A stretch of 64,000 nucleotides of DNA from an uncultured virus (IMG/VR IMGVR_UViG_3300002132_000024) (taxonomy: Duplodnaviria > Heunggongvirae > Uroviricota > Caudoviricetes): positions 1 through 64,000 of the IMG/VR virus record IMGVR_UViG_3300002132_000024, one strand, 5' to 3'. A program made the position numbers and the translations under genes. A model generated the notes under the pieces. The model did not search any database. It worked only from the letters and a program-made list of their open reading frames with translations, and was not told the origin of the DNA. This document shows, piece after piece, positions 55,316-64,000 of this stretch; the stretch's first letter is position 1, and each line of letters begins with the position of its first letter.

Positions 55316-56056
55316 ATGAAGCGAAAAAGAGCGCAAGTGCAGCGAAAAGAGCAATATGACCCACGTTTTGACAGCAACGTTATAAATATTGACCGCAGAT
55401 TGAACGATAAAAGAAAACGAGTTCAAATCTATCCTAAGAATTTAAGTCAAGAGACTTACTTATTCAAACTGAATGATCCCAATAAAATGATAGTATTTGC
55501 AATAGGGCCCGCGGGTACCGGCAAAACCATGTTGGCTGTTCAGTGGGCAGTGGATCAATTAAAGAGTGGCGCAGCTGAAAAAATCATCATAACGCGACCA
55601 GCTGTATCAGTAGACGAGGAACACGGTTTCCTACCAGGCGACTTAAATGAAAAGATGGCGCCATGGACGAGACCAATTTTTGATGTACTCGCCGAAAACT
55701 TTAATGCTAGAGAAATCGAAAACTTTGTAAGAGAAGGAGTAATCGAAACCAGTCCTTTAGCATATATGCGTGGTAGAACATTTAAAAATGCAGTAGTTAT
55801 TGCAGACGAGATGCAAAACACAACACCTAGCCAGATGAAGATGTTGTTAACTCGTCTAGGAACAGACAGCAAGATGGTAGTCACAGGAGACCTACAACAA
55901 GCTGATCGTCCTAGCAATAATGGACTGTTAGAGTTTTTAGGACTTTATCGTAATTTTGAAGGACATCAATACGTTGACCTAGTACAATTTGATGTACAGG
56001 ATGTAGAACGTCATGAAGCAGTAAAGGAGATACTAGCAATCTACGGCGACACTTAA
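55316..56056 (+). CDS. phoH: PhoH family ATPase
   Basis: GPAGTGKT, ITRPAV, GFLPGDL, PLAYMRGRT, DEMQN, TGDLQQAD. Confidence 0.95.
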   Translation: MKRKRAQVQRKEQYDPRFDSNVINIDRRLNDKRKRVQIYPKNLSQETYLFKLNDPNKMIVFAIGPAGTGKTMLAVQWAVDQLKSGAAEKIIITRPAVSVDEEHGFLPGDLNEKMAPWTRPIFDVLAENFNAREIENFVREGVIETSPLAYMRGRTFKNAVVIADEMQNTTPSQMKMLLTRLGTDSKMVVTGDLQQADRPSNNGLLEFLGLYRNFEGHQYVDLVQFDVQDVERHEAVKEILAIYGDT

Positions 56057-56295
56057 TCTTTAGGGAGATGGGGGGTCAACCGATCCCCTATCATCCGCTT
56101 GTAAAATTCGAGCATATCCTCATAGCCAGCATTGGGGTTAAGTAAGTTTTTAACACATTTCTTTTCTTTGAAGTCTAAGATGACCTTGGCGGTCTGAGTG
56201 TGCTTCATCTTTATGCTGTTTTTAAATTCAGTGATTTCGTCCCATTTGCCGTTGGCTTGTTGATAATAGCTAACGATCATATATCTTGCACTCAT
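56053..56295 (-). CDS. Hypothetical protein
   Basis: Convergent with phoH. Confidence 0.55.
   Translation of the reverse strand: MSARYMIVSYYQQANGKWDEITEFKNSIKMKHTQTAKVILDFKEKKCVKNLLNPNAGYEDMLEFYKRMIGDRLTPHLPKD
56067..56092 (+). terminator. 11-bp hairpin after the phoH stop (no U-tract)
   Basis: GATGGGGGGTC-AACC-GATCCCCTATC; G-U pairs favour the + strand. Confidence 0.3.
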
Positions 56296-56819
56296 TCTTC
56301 TTCTTCTCCGAATTGTTTTACATTCACTCCGGACTTTTGCAAAAACGCAATACCACTAGTATCCCTATAAGCGTTCCTATATAGAACACTGCTAATACCA
56401 CTTTGGTATATAAGTTTGGCACAGTCCAAACATGGAGCATGGGTAATAAACATGCTAGCACCCAAACCACTGTTAGTAGACTTAGCCAATTTTGCAATCG
56501 CATTGCTTTCCGCATGAAGCACCTCAGGTTTAGTTTTTAGTCGATACCGGCCTTGCATTTCATTACCATCAGCATCTAAGTAAGTACCTTCGAATGGCCA
56601 ACCTGTTTCGATCTCTTCAGGATCAAGCCACCCACCTGCACTGCACCATTCTACATTTTCACAATTGTTGTCCCAGCCTGCAGGCATACCATTGTAGCCG
56701 TAGCTGATTACAGTATCATCTTTGACGATAACAGCGCCTACTTGTAGTCTCTCAGCATGACTGAGTTCGGCAGTACGTCCTGCCCAGTCCATATATAATT
56801 TTACAAACTTTTCTTTCAT
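56292..56819 (-). CDS. dCMP deaminase
   Basis: VGAVIV, GYNG, HAESNAI, PCLDC. Confidence 0.9.
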   Translation of the reverse strand: MKEKFVKLYMDWAGRTAELSHAERLQVGAVIVKDDTVISYGYNGMPAGWDNNCENVEWCSAGGWLDPEEIETGWPFEGTYLDADGNEMQGRYRLKTKPEVLHAESNAIAKLAKSTNSGLGASMFITHAPCLDCAKLIYQSGISSVLYRNAYRDTSGIAFLQKSGVNVKQFGEEEE

Positions 56820-57289
56820 TCTATTTCCAACCATGTGTGGTCGCCCATATATTTTACTTGTGTTTGATAGTCGTACCAATCAGGGGGACTACTAGACCAA
56901 TCAGTAGGACCTCCTAGTACTAGCCTCATCTTTTCTTTGCGAGTATCCCAAACCAACCAGTACTCTTTACCCATCACAGGCTGAAATTCATATTCAGCAG
57001 CATGTACTGCATCTGTAATATCCAATCTACGTTTAATCTGTGCAGCCTGCTTTTCTAATACACTAACAAGTTCCATGATACGATCATATTCTTGCTGGGC
57101 ATACATCCTAGCATGATTGATCATTAGATCTTTCTGCTTAGTCACAGGGACTAGGTCAAAGTTAGGGCCGCCTGCTTCGGTGGGATATTTAGATACATTC
57201 CTATTAAAAAATGGAATTAGCGTACCACCAACGTCGGCATCAAAGCTGTGTCGTCCCTTGGCTAGATTAGACTTTTTCTTATCGGTCAT
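56816..57289 (-). CDS. Conserved hypothetical protein (DUF2452-like)
   Basis: [24 protein letters not shown]. Confidence 0.55.
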   Translation of the reverse strand: MTDKKKSNLAKGRHSFDADVGGTLIPFFNRNVSKYPTEAGGPNFDLVPVTKQKDLMINHARMYAQQEYDRIMELVSVLEKQAAQIKRRLDITDAVHAAEYEFQPVMGKEYWLVWDTRKEKMRLVLGGPTDWSSSPPDWYDYQTQVKYMGDHTWLEIE

Positions 57290-57609
57290 TCTTCAAGAAG
57301 TTTAATTTTGTTAGGTACCCCATCCCACTCTGCCGCGTTAGGCAATGCATCTTTTTGTTGAGTAATAACAGGCCATTTATTGCTTAGTCTAGTATTAATA
57401 TCTAACCAAAAAGCAATATCAGTATTAGCATCGTTATCGGCTACAATAGCCCCAACCGGACATTCAGGAACACATACACCGCAATCAATACACTCGTCGG
57501 GATTAATTACTAAGAAGTTAGGACCTTCGTGGAAACAGTCTACAGGACAAACACTAACACAGTCTGTATGTTTACACTTAATACAATTATCAGTGACTAG
57601 ATATGTCAT
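57286..57609 (-). CDS. fdxA: 7Fe ferredoxin (FdxA type)
   Basis: [18 protein letters not shown]...[12 protein letters not shown]. Confidence 0.9.
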   Translation of the reverse strand: MTYLVTDNCIKCKHTDCVSVCPVDCFHEGPNFLVINPDECIDCGVCVPECPVGAIVADNDANTDIAFWLDINTRLSNKWPVITQQKDALPNAAEWDGVPNKIKLLEE

Positions 57610-58523
57610 AGAAGTTTTGCTAACCTCACTAATGTTGCTGCTAAGTTGATTTCCGGATCTGCACAAATTGTATGATCTACAAGGCCCTGCTTGATAACAA
57701 GTATAGCTTTATCTTGATTGTCATCAGTACCGAAGATTTCGATGTTGTCATACAACCAACGATAAACTTCTTCCATTTCTTCTGCACGAATTTTACCACA
57801 TAGCATTTTACGTGCTTCTGTAATTTTGCCTGCCTTAAACAGCATGACCATGTCAAACTTCCAGTCAGCTGCACCCTGATCACCTTTGCTAGGTGCCGCA
57901 AGTACGCCTTCATTGACATTTTGTTGCACAAGGTTAATGCACTTACGGAGATCTGGATATGTCACTTTAACATAGTTGTCAAGTGTATCAAGATCAAACT
58001 CTATGTTTTCTTCAACAAGAATAGTAGCAACACGGGCAGTGAATTCATTATGATCAGTTCGTTCAACGTGGAACCCTTGACATCGACTATGGATTGCTGG
58101 AATAATCCTGTTAGGATAGTTGCATGTAAGAATGAATCTCGAAGTTGCATGATACTCTTCCATAACTCCACGCAACGCTGCCTGTGCGTTAGGACTCAAG
58201 TAATCAGCCTCGTCAAGTAGCACAACTTTAAATGGACCAAACGGAATCATCTGTACGAAGTTTGTAATCTTATCACGGACATCTTCAACACTGTTAGTAC
58301 GTGACGCATTGATTTCTAGTAAATCAAAATCTTCAATACCTAGTTCTTGAATAAGAACTTTAGCAAGGGTAGTCTTACCGATACCTGCACTTCCGCTTAA
58401 CAACAGATGCGGAATGCTTTGATCTTTGATCCAAGTTTCAACTTGTTTACGTTGATGTGCATCTCTAAACACATATCCGTCGACCTTCTTAGGACGGTAT
58501 TTCTCTACCCATAGTTCTTTCAT
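57606..58523 (-). CDS. Clamp loader subunit (gp44/RFC-like)
   Basis: [28 protein letters not shown]. Confidence 0.92.
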   Translation of the reverse strand: MKELWVEKYRPKKVDGYVFRDAHQRKQVETWIKDQSIPHLLLSGSAGIGKTTLAKVLIQELGIEDFDLLEINASRTNSVEDVRDKITNFVQMIPFGPFKVVLLDEADYLSPNAQAALRGVMEEYHATSRFILTCNYPNRIIPAIHSRCQGFHVERTDHNEFTARVATILVEENIEFDLDTLDNYVKVTYPDLRKCINLVQQNVNEGVLAAPSKGDQGAADWKFDMVMLFKAGKITEARKMLCGKIRAEEMEEVYRWLYDNIEIFGTDDNQDKAILVIKQGLVDHTICADPEINLAATLVRLAKLL

Positions 58524-58762
58524 GTTAGTTCCTTAATTTTCTCATCTAGATCCCACAGGCTAACACCTGGTGGATTTGTTATACCAGTTGCACGAGCTTG
58601 ATCAAGCAAACTTCTTAAAAATGCTGCTTCATATCGCGAAATTGGTGCAATTTCAATATGCTTCTCGCCGCGTGATTCTAGTTCGTCTAACAAGTCTTCT
58701 GTGTCAAAGTCGCTAATATCAACCTCGACTTCAACTTCTGTGTAAACAGTTTTGTATACCAT
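58520..58762 (-). CDS. Hypothetical protein
   Basis: DLLDELESRG. Confidence 0.55.
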   Translation of the reverse strand: MVYKTVYTEVEVEVDISDFDTEDLLDELESRGEKHIEIAPISRYEAAFLRSLLDQARATGITNPPGVSLWDLDEKIKELT

Positions 58763-58965
58763 TATACTACTTCCTCTAAAATTCCCAACAGTTCTGCTAG
58801 GATAAGCAAACATCCACCTGCAAATACAGAGCCCCAACCAAATGCTGTTCCGGCAAATGCTACACCTGCTACAATACGTAGAGCACTCTTTACAAGACTG
58901 ACATAAAAATGGCCACGGCTTGGATCTTTTGCCGCAGGTACAAATACTTTTTCTGGAATAGGCAT
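58762..58965 (-). CDS. Small membrane protein
   Basis: HFYVSLVKSALRI...LAELLGILEE. Confidence 0.6.
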   Translation of the reverse strand: MPIPEKVFVPAAKDPSRGHFYVSLVKSALRIVAGVAFAGTAFGWGSVFAGGCLLILAELLGILEEVV

Positions 58966-58966
58966 G

Positions 58967-59158
58967 TTATTTTAACTCCGGTAATGGTATTGACGATGTT
59001 GTATCATTATAATCGCCTGATTGCTGATATGTGCGTGTTGCAGTTTCTTTAATCAACACATCACTACGATATCGATAAGTTGTAATTTCTCTACGTACTA
59101 CACCTGAAAGATCGCTTTCAAATGCTTGTGTAAATGGTCCATCATTTTGTTTCGACAT
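58967..59158 (-). CDS. Hypothetical protein
   Basis: Contiguous ORF. Confidence 0.5.
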   Translation of the reverse strand: MSKQNDGPFTQAFESDLSGVVRREITTYRYRSDVLIKETATRTYQQSGDYNDTTSSIPLPELK

Positions 59159-59369
59159 TTTTCTTCTTTCCTTTTGCTGCACCCCATTTTCTTTTGTACT
59201 CTACGACTTCGCTTCGTTTGTACTTAGGGTATGTTGTCACGGTACCGCCATTTTCAAAGTATGCGCTTACCTCATTCGCTAGTTTTCCCGCAGCCTCTGC
59301 TGCTTTTTTCTTGCGTTCACTTTCAATCAATAGCTTGCTCTCTTCCTGCCACTCGTTTACGTAAATCAC
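59142..59369 (-). CDS. Small protein with SutA-like motif (start uncertain)
   Basis: LANEVSAYFENGGTVT. Confidence 0.45.
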   Translation of the reverse strand: MIYVNEWQEESKLLIESERKKKAAEAAGKLANEVSAYFENGGTVTTYPKYKRSEVVEYKRKWGAAKGKKKNVETK

Positions 59370-59745
59370 TTGAACTAAATCTATGATCTCGTTTATTGAA
59401 GTATAGTTCGATATCTCGTTTACGGCAAATGTCTTTACCAGTAAAATCTTTATCTCTATACTCCTCTCCTAATATTCTAACATCAATATGATACATTGTC
59501 AAGATATCTTCTAGATCTTGTTCAGTACCATACGGAATAATTTCATCTACATATCCTACTGCTTTAAGTTGTGTATAACGTTCAACAATAGTTTGTATAG
59601 GAGCATTTTTATTTGCACGATCAACGGACGGATCTACTTGTAATCCGCAGATAAGATAGTCGCACTGCTCTTTTGCTTCACGCAGCATTTGTACATGCCC
59701 GGCATGAAGTAAATCAAAAGTTGATGCAGTAAATCCTACTTTCAT
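59323..59745 (-). CDS. Glycerol-3-phosphate cytidylyltransferase-like protein
   Basis: STFDLLHAGH, YLICGL, VDEIIPY, RFSSS. Confidence 0.85.
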   Translation of the reverse strand: MKVGFTASTFDLLHAGHVQMLREAKEQCDYLICGLQVDPSVDRANKNAPIQTIVERYTQLKAVGYVDEIIPYGTEQDLEDILTMYHIDVRILGEEYRDKDFTGKDICRKRDIELYFNKRDHRFSSSDLRKRVAGREQAID

Positions 59746-60107
59746 TTTACAAATGGTGATAGTTCAGGAGCAGTCCAACCTTCGGGCTTAAGAACTTTAC
59801 CATCTTCACGTTTACGTACTAGTCCAGTTTCCGGATCTACTTTAGCAAAGTTAGTTTTCATTACTTCGTTCCATGCCGCTTCGGCATCGAATCCGCCTGA
59901 ATGAATTGCTCCAACAGTCACAACTAGAATGTCAATTAATGCATCTAATTGTTCTACACGGTCGCTTGCAACAATAGCTTCTTTTAGTTCTTCGCGCTCT
60001 TCATCAATTAGATCCAAATACATTGCGTATTGAGCATTATTGATTTCGCTTACAGATTGACCGCAGGCAGTCATAAACTTCGCTTGATCGCGAAATGGAT
60101 TTGTCAT
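59742..60107 (-). CDS. MazG-like nucleotide pyrophosphohydrolase
   Basis: LIDEEREEL, DALIDILVV, NFAK, DGKVLKP. Confidence 0.85.
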   Translation of the reverse strand: MTNPFRDQAKFMTACGQSVSEINNAQYAMYLDLIDEEREELKEAIVASDRVEQLDALIDILVVTVGAIHSGGFDAEAAWNEVMKTNFAKVDPETGLVRKREDGKVLKPEGWTAPELSPFVK

Positions 60108-60117
60108 TCGTATCTCC

Positions 60118-60357
60118 TTAAGACTTTAATATCTTAAGTATACGCTGTTGTTCTTGTTTTGTCAACCACTCTTCTTCATCATTTCCGAAGGAAGGTGCTC
60201 GTTTTAAGGTATCGTTAATAATGGACTGAATTTGATATAGATCTTTCTTACATTCAAATGCAGTAAATCCATCGTTGTGCGGACTGGAACATTCTCTAGC
60301 AAGTGAATGTATCTGAGAAATGATCTCAGGAATGTCCCAGCCTTTTTTAAAACCCAT
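60118..60357 (-). CDS. Hypothetical protein
   Basis: TAATG coupling. Confidence 0.55.
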   Translation of the reverse strand: MGFKKGWDIPEIISQIHSLARECSSPHNDGFTAFECKKDLYQIQSIINDTLKRAPSFGNDEEEWLTKQEQQRILKILKS

Positions 60358-60779
60358 TACCCTGTTTTAGATAAGTTGCCTGGCATGAAGTCTTCTGGAT
60401 TAATATCCATACTGCTACCGTGAGTGTATTCTTTTCCGATATAAAAGTCATTGGGCTTTTCGTCGGCAACAATTATGATAGATTTTATTTCTACTTTTTG
60501 AAACTCTTTCTCACCATCGCCGTCATCGATCTTAATCTTACGAGTCCACCGACCGTGCTCAATTAATACCCATTGCCCTACCTTAACATCAATTCCGCAC
60601 TCACTGCCAACTTTATAAACTTCAGCCCAACGAGGTTTAACTCCGTGTGCTTTACCGTCATCACTGCCAACGATAATACCACCTTTGGTAAGTTGTTCAC
60701 CCATATCCATATTAATAACAAGGACATCCTTGGACATGGCACGGATTTTAACTTTTTTAGCTTCAAATGCAAAACTCAT
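60357..60779 (-). CDS. groES: GroES-like co-chaperonin
   Basis: TKGGIIV mobile loop, AEVYKVG, VKVGQWVL. Confidence 0.75.
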   Translation of the reverse strand: MSFAFEAKKVKIRAMSKDVLVINMDMGEQLTKGGIIVGSDDGKAHGVKPRWAEVYKVGSECGIDVKVGQWVLIEHGRWTRKIKIDDGDGEKEFQKVEIKSIIIVADEKPNDFYIGKEYTHGSSMDINPEDFMPGNLSKTG

Positions 60780-60781
60780 AA

Positions 60782-61009
60782 TTAACCTTTCTTGCGTGAA
60801 ACAACTTCTTCTTTTGAAGCGGCTGGATTGATTGCATAAAAATCTTGCAGAACTTGTTCTCTAGTACGAGTGACTTTTCCGCCTTCGCCAATTTCGTCAC
60901 CACGAGCATTAACTCTCATGTTGCCTACTGCTGGAGTTTGTTCATTACGGAGAAATAGTTTCTCCATATCGATCTCTTTTCCTCTAACACTTGTGTATGT
61001 TCTTCCCAT
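60782..61009 (-). CDS. Hypothetical protein
   Basis: AAGGAG RBS; PAVGNMRVNARGD. Confidence 0.65.
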   Translation of the reverse strand: MGRTYTSVRGKEIDMEKLFLRNEQTPAVGNMRVNARGDEIGEGGKVTRTREQVLQDFYAINPAASKEEVVSRKKG

Positions 61010-61010
61010 T

Positions 61011-61472
61011 TTATTTCTCCTTAAAGAATTCTTCTATTGGTAAATTGTATTTAACACTGTCTACCTTGTGTACACCAATCAAGTATAACACATAACTTGC
61101 TACACTACTACCTCTGCCCACACCCCAAACTATGTTATTAGCTCTAAGGGTATCTACTACAAATTTCATTGCTAACAGCACTGGAATCATATTGTTTTTA
61201 CGAAAAAGCTCTAACTCAGTAATTATCCTATTATAATTTTCTTCCGGACATACCTGGACTACTAACTCTTCGATATCCATGTTTTTATATTCGTCTGGAA
61301 TAAACCAGTTGCTTGGATTGATTTTAGTTTTGGGGATTGGATAGTTTAGATGCTCGTCATGTAGTCGATTGATGTATTGACTTAAATCATCTGCAGAAAC
61401 ACATTCAGAAAGAATCTGAGGGCCATGTTTTATGACACCTTGTATTAGCTGCTCTGTTGTATTAGTCCACAT
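61011..61472 (-). CDS. Stand-alone DnaE (Pol III alpha) fragment
   Basis: GVGRGSSVASYVLYLIGVHKVDSVKYNL. Confidence 0.7.
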   Translation of the reverse strand: MWTNTTEQLIQGVIKHGPQILSECVSADDLSQYINRLHDEHLNYPIPKTKINPSNWFIPDEYKNMDIEELVVQVCPEENYNRIITELELFRKNNMIPVLLAMKFVVDTLRANNIVWGVGRGSSVASYVLYLIGVHKVDSVKYNLPIEEFFKEK

Positions 61473-61692
61473 TAATCAATTGACCCATATCACTATCTGT
61501 ATCTTTCAGTCTACGAGTATGTCTTTTAGACATCTCCTCTCTGTATATTATAACAAATGTTGATAGTTGTGTCAAGAGATCTTGGTTGCCTAAACGTGCA
61601 ACTGTGTGATATTTTTTGGTTAATTCTAGAAGCTTCTGCTCAACCTCTTGGTCTTTGAGATTGGACAGATCTTCTTCAAGTGGATGGAACAT
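61462..61692 (-). CDS. Hypothetical protein
   Basis: TAATG coupling. Confidence 0.6.
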   Translation of the reverse strand: MFHPLEEDLSNLKDQEVEQKLLELTKKYHTVARLGNQDLLTQLSTFVIIYREEMSKRHTRRLKDTDSDMGQLINVD

Positions 61693-62264
61693 TAGCTAAA
61701 TGTACCTAGGTAGTTTATAAAGAAATTATCTTCGCTGTGGCGCCAAATTTCTAAAATAATCGGGTTAGCATCGGAAGCAACTGTTAGTGTTCCTGGATAA
61801 TCTGCATTAGTTTTAACAGCAGTAGCACCACTACCGGACAATGAGAAAGATACAGTGGTTGAAGTACTACTATATAGTTCAATTGTCATTTTGCCAACTG
61901 CTGTTCCTACCGCAGGAAATCCTAAGAAATCAAATGTAAATGCAGCAGAAGCAAATGTAAACACTTGGTAGCCGCCATTCTCAAAGTCTAGCGTGTATGT
62001 CACTTGCGCTACTTCAAATGACTGTGCAGGATTTAAGACTTCTCTGTTATTTTGTAAAGTAGCATTATGGATAAGATTGCCGTTTAGGTCGTTGTCCACA
62101 TCTGTTCTTACTACGTTGTCCTGCAGGTCTTCAATCTCAGTTTTTGCTGCTGAAAAGTTTGTTTTGATTGTATCAAAATTGTCTCGGAAGACTTGTGTAT
62201 CGTTGTCCTGTCCAGCTACAGGAAAGTTTTCGTTGATTGCTGCGGAATTAATGTTGCTTGTCAT
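61692..62264 (-). CDS. Virion structural protein
   Basis: NFPVAGQDND...FRDNF...EIEDLQ N-terminus; GATAAATA at 62298-62305. Confidence 0.55.
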   Translation of the reverse strand: MTSNINSAAINENFPVAGQDNDTQVFRDNFDTIKTNFSAAKTEIEDLQDNVVRTDVDNDLNGNLIHNATLQNNREVLNPAQSFEVAQVTYTLDFENGGYQVFTFASAAFTFDFLGFPAVGTAVGKMTIELYSSTSTTVSFSLSGSGATAVKTNADYPGTLTVASDANPIILEIWRHSEDNFFINYLGTFS

Positions 62265-64000
62265 GGTAATTTTTCTCTCCGTTGTGGAAACGCAAGGTAT
62301 TTATCCTCTATTTCGCCGTCTATAATATCTATTATATATCTATCTGCTAAGAAGTCAAGTGATTTAAAATCAAATCCAGAGGCCTTTATCCTAGAAATAA
62401 TCCCTGCAGATTTACCCGGCAAGCAGTAGCACAGGGGCAGAGCTTTGGTAAATCCTAGCTCGTATGAAGCAGAATCTTGAATACTACGCATCCATTGCGG
62501 CAAAAATTCACGATCTCTGTCGCCTACTGTTTCTATTTGGGTTCGCATATTCTTTATACTATTTGGGAATATTCTTTGATGATCGCTGTCGCTTACAAAC
62601 GGTATATTGCTATCTACTTTAATTGCATCATAGCTGATTAGTACCTTACTGCTTATATCATTTCTTAATTCTACAGTGCTGCTAATGCTTTTACCATTTT
62701 TTTCAAGATCGTCGATGATATTTACATATATTATTTCGTATATTACTTCTTGTGTTGTAAGATCTTTAGCTTTAGCAGATAACACGTCTCCGAGTTTTAG
62801 ACGCTTATTATAATGATTCCTGCTCATAGCCTGTACATAATTTACAGCCGCCGTGCTTTCAATTCCGGCATATACTAATACCTTAAGAGCAGTTTGTATA
62901 CCGAAGTTGATGTCACCGTATCTATATAGTTCTGAATTTTTAAAGATTGTAGCATCGGTAATAAAGTTATACCATTCTAGTCTTTTACTTTTTATTTGGA
63001 AGGCTTTAAGGTATAAGTTAGCAAATGTTTTAGTCTGCTCAGACACAACAGTTATAGTAAATATTTTATTCAATACAGCAAAGTTTACACTATCTCGGGC
63101 TTTAATTGTAAACGTAAACTTTTTGTCGTATGTTGTGGTTTCACTATCGTATGTAGAAGTAAAATCTCTAGAAGCAGTAGAACTATCTTCTGCGCTGTCA
63201 GTTCTTTCAAAAAATCTTGTAAGTCCAGGACCTGCATTGTCCGCAAACTGCTTTACTTTTCCTTGTATGCTACCAGTTGGTAGGAATTCAAGGCCTGGAG
63301 GCAATTCTCCGCTGACGAATTCATAACCTACTCTACCGCCATATAATAGAGTTTCTGCCTCAACATATAGTTTACTTGGTTGATTAGGTTTGATAGTTCC
63401 TAGATCGCTTACGGAAATCCAACTTACAGCACTTTCGATCTCACCAACAATCTCAACTGAGAATGTTTTATCAGCAGACGAAGTACCTGCAATCCAATAT
63501 GCAGTATCTGTAGGCGATACATTTCTATTGCTCACATTACAGATATAGAGTAAACCGAGATATATAACTGCATCATTTACAGCATACGCAATTGATGCAT
63601 TCCAGTCGCCACGTAGAGTATATGTAGTATATGCCAGCGTTGCAGGAAAGTTCACAGCCCGCAGAGTAAATGAGTATGTTTTAGACACTCTTGCTTGATA
63701 GGGAACATTTCCTGCAACTTCCCCAGTGATGCTGTCTAACTCCATTCCTGGAGGCAATTCGCTTGCACTAGTGTCTGGATTTAATGGCAGTAGGAAATAG
63801 GTTATAGTTCCTTCTAAACTAGGAGGATCGTACACATCTAAAAATATAGTCACATAGTTGTTAGCACGGAATCTTCCTAGATTGCTTTCAGTGATCCAAA
63901 TAGGCGTTCTGCTACTTGAGGCGTCAGCTTGGAACAGATTTGTATCTACTTGTACAATACTATTGTCTGCTTGCAAAAATTCTTCAGTGACGACATAGAT
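62261..64000 (-). CDS. Baseplate wedge-like structural protein with Ig-like repeats (N-terminus beyond the window)
   Basis: GELPPGL/ELPPGM repeats, WNASIAYAVND motif; frame open to 64000. Confidence 0.7.
   Translation of the reverse strand: MYVVTEEFLQADNSIVQVDTNLFQADASSSRTPIWITESNLGRFRANNYVTIFLDVYDPPSLEGTITYFLLPLNPDTSASELPPGMELDSITGEVAGNVPYQARVSKTYSFTLRAVNFPATLAYTTYTLRGDWNASIAYAVNDAVIYLGLLYICNVSNRNVSPTDTAYWIAGTSSADKTFSVEIVGEIESAVSWISVSDLGTIKPNQPSKLYVEAETLLYGGRVGYEFVSGELPPGLEFLPTGSIQGKVKQFADNAGPGLTRFFERTDSAEDSSTASRDFTSTYDSETTTYDKKFTFTIKARDSVNFAVLNKIFTITVVSEQTKTFANLYLKAFQIKSKRLEWYNFITDATIFKNSELYRYGDINFGIQTALKVLVYAGIESTAAVNYVQAMSRNHYNKRLKLGDVLSAKAKDLTTQEVIYEIIYVNIIDDLEKNGKSISSTVELRNDISSKVLISYDAIKVDSNIPFVSDSDHQRIFPNSIKNMRTQIETVGDRDREFLPQWMRSIQDSASYELGFTKALPLCYCLPGKSAGIISRIKASGFDFKSLDFLADRYIIDIIDGEIEDKYLAFPQRREKLP

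Noticed and set aside
48162..60779. Bacterial chromosome origin suggested by clpA, def, dnaJ, fdxA and groES
   Set aside because: These genes are interspersed with a T4-type polymerase, clamp loader, lysis and virion genes and late promoters, so they are phage auxiliary genes
1..64000. Stop-codon reassignment, tRNA genes, integrase or transposase
   Set aside because: Genes tile the window under the standard code; intergenic gaps are short with no cloverleaf seen; no recombinase motifs recognised

Overview
This 64 kb window is a gene-dense, AT-rich segment of a large lytic dsDNA phage, most likely a T4-related jumbo myovirus with a Gram-negative, probably proteobacterial, host (inference from spanins, sigma70 consensus promoters, FdxA and ClpA). 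The + strand (1-22.6 kb) carries baseplate, tail-fibre and virion genes, followed by a translationally coupled late operon of glycosyltransferases, a radical SAM enzyme and SGNH-like proteins. The - strand (22.6-64 kb) carries a 5' nuclease; a 7-deazaguanine DNA-modification locus (DpdA/TGT-like, FolE, QueE, a T-fold protein with LxxxHRHxF, a GT-B glycosyltransferase, an MBD4-like glycosylase, cupin, PRT, HIT; no QueC in the window); a sliding clamp and family B DNA polymerase; a late cluster of modular proteins with T4 capsid-targeting-like N-termini; DnaJ-PDF-ClpA; a full lysis cassette; dCMP deaminase, ferredoxin, clamp loader, GroES, a mini DnaE fragment and further structural genes. phoH is the only + strand gene in this part. 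The non-coding DNA is informative: near-perfect sigma70 promoters (two fused with terminators), many TAAATA late promoters (several inside hairpins that occlude the ribosome-binding site), apparent leaderless transcripts, and a tandem hairpin operator before the DNA polymerase. No tRNA, rRNA, CRISPR array or mobile element was recognised. All functional calls come from motif recognition by eye; no database searches were run.
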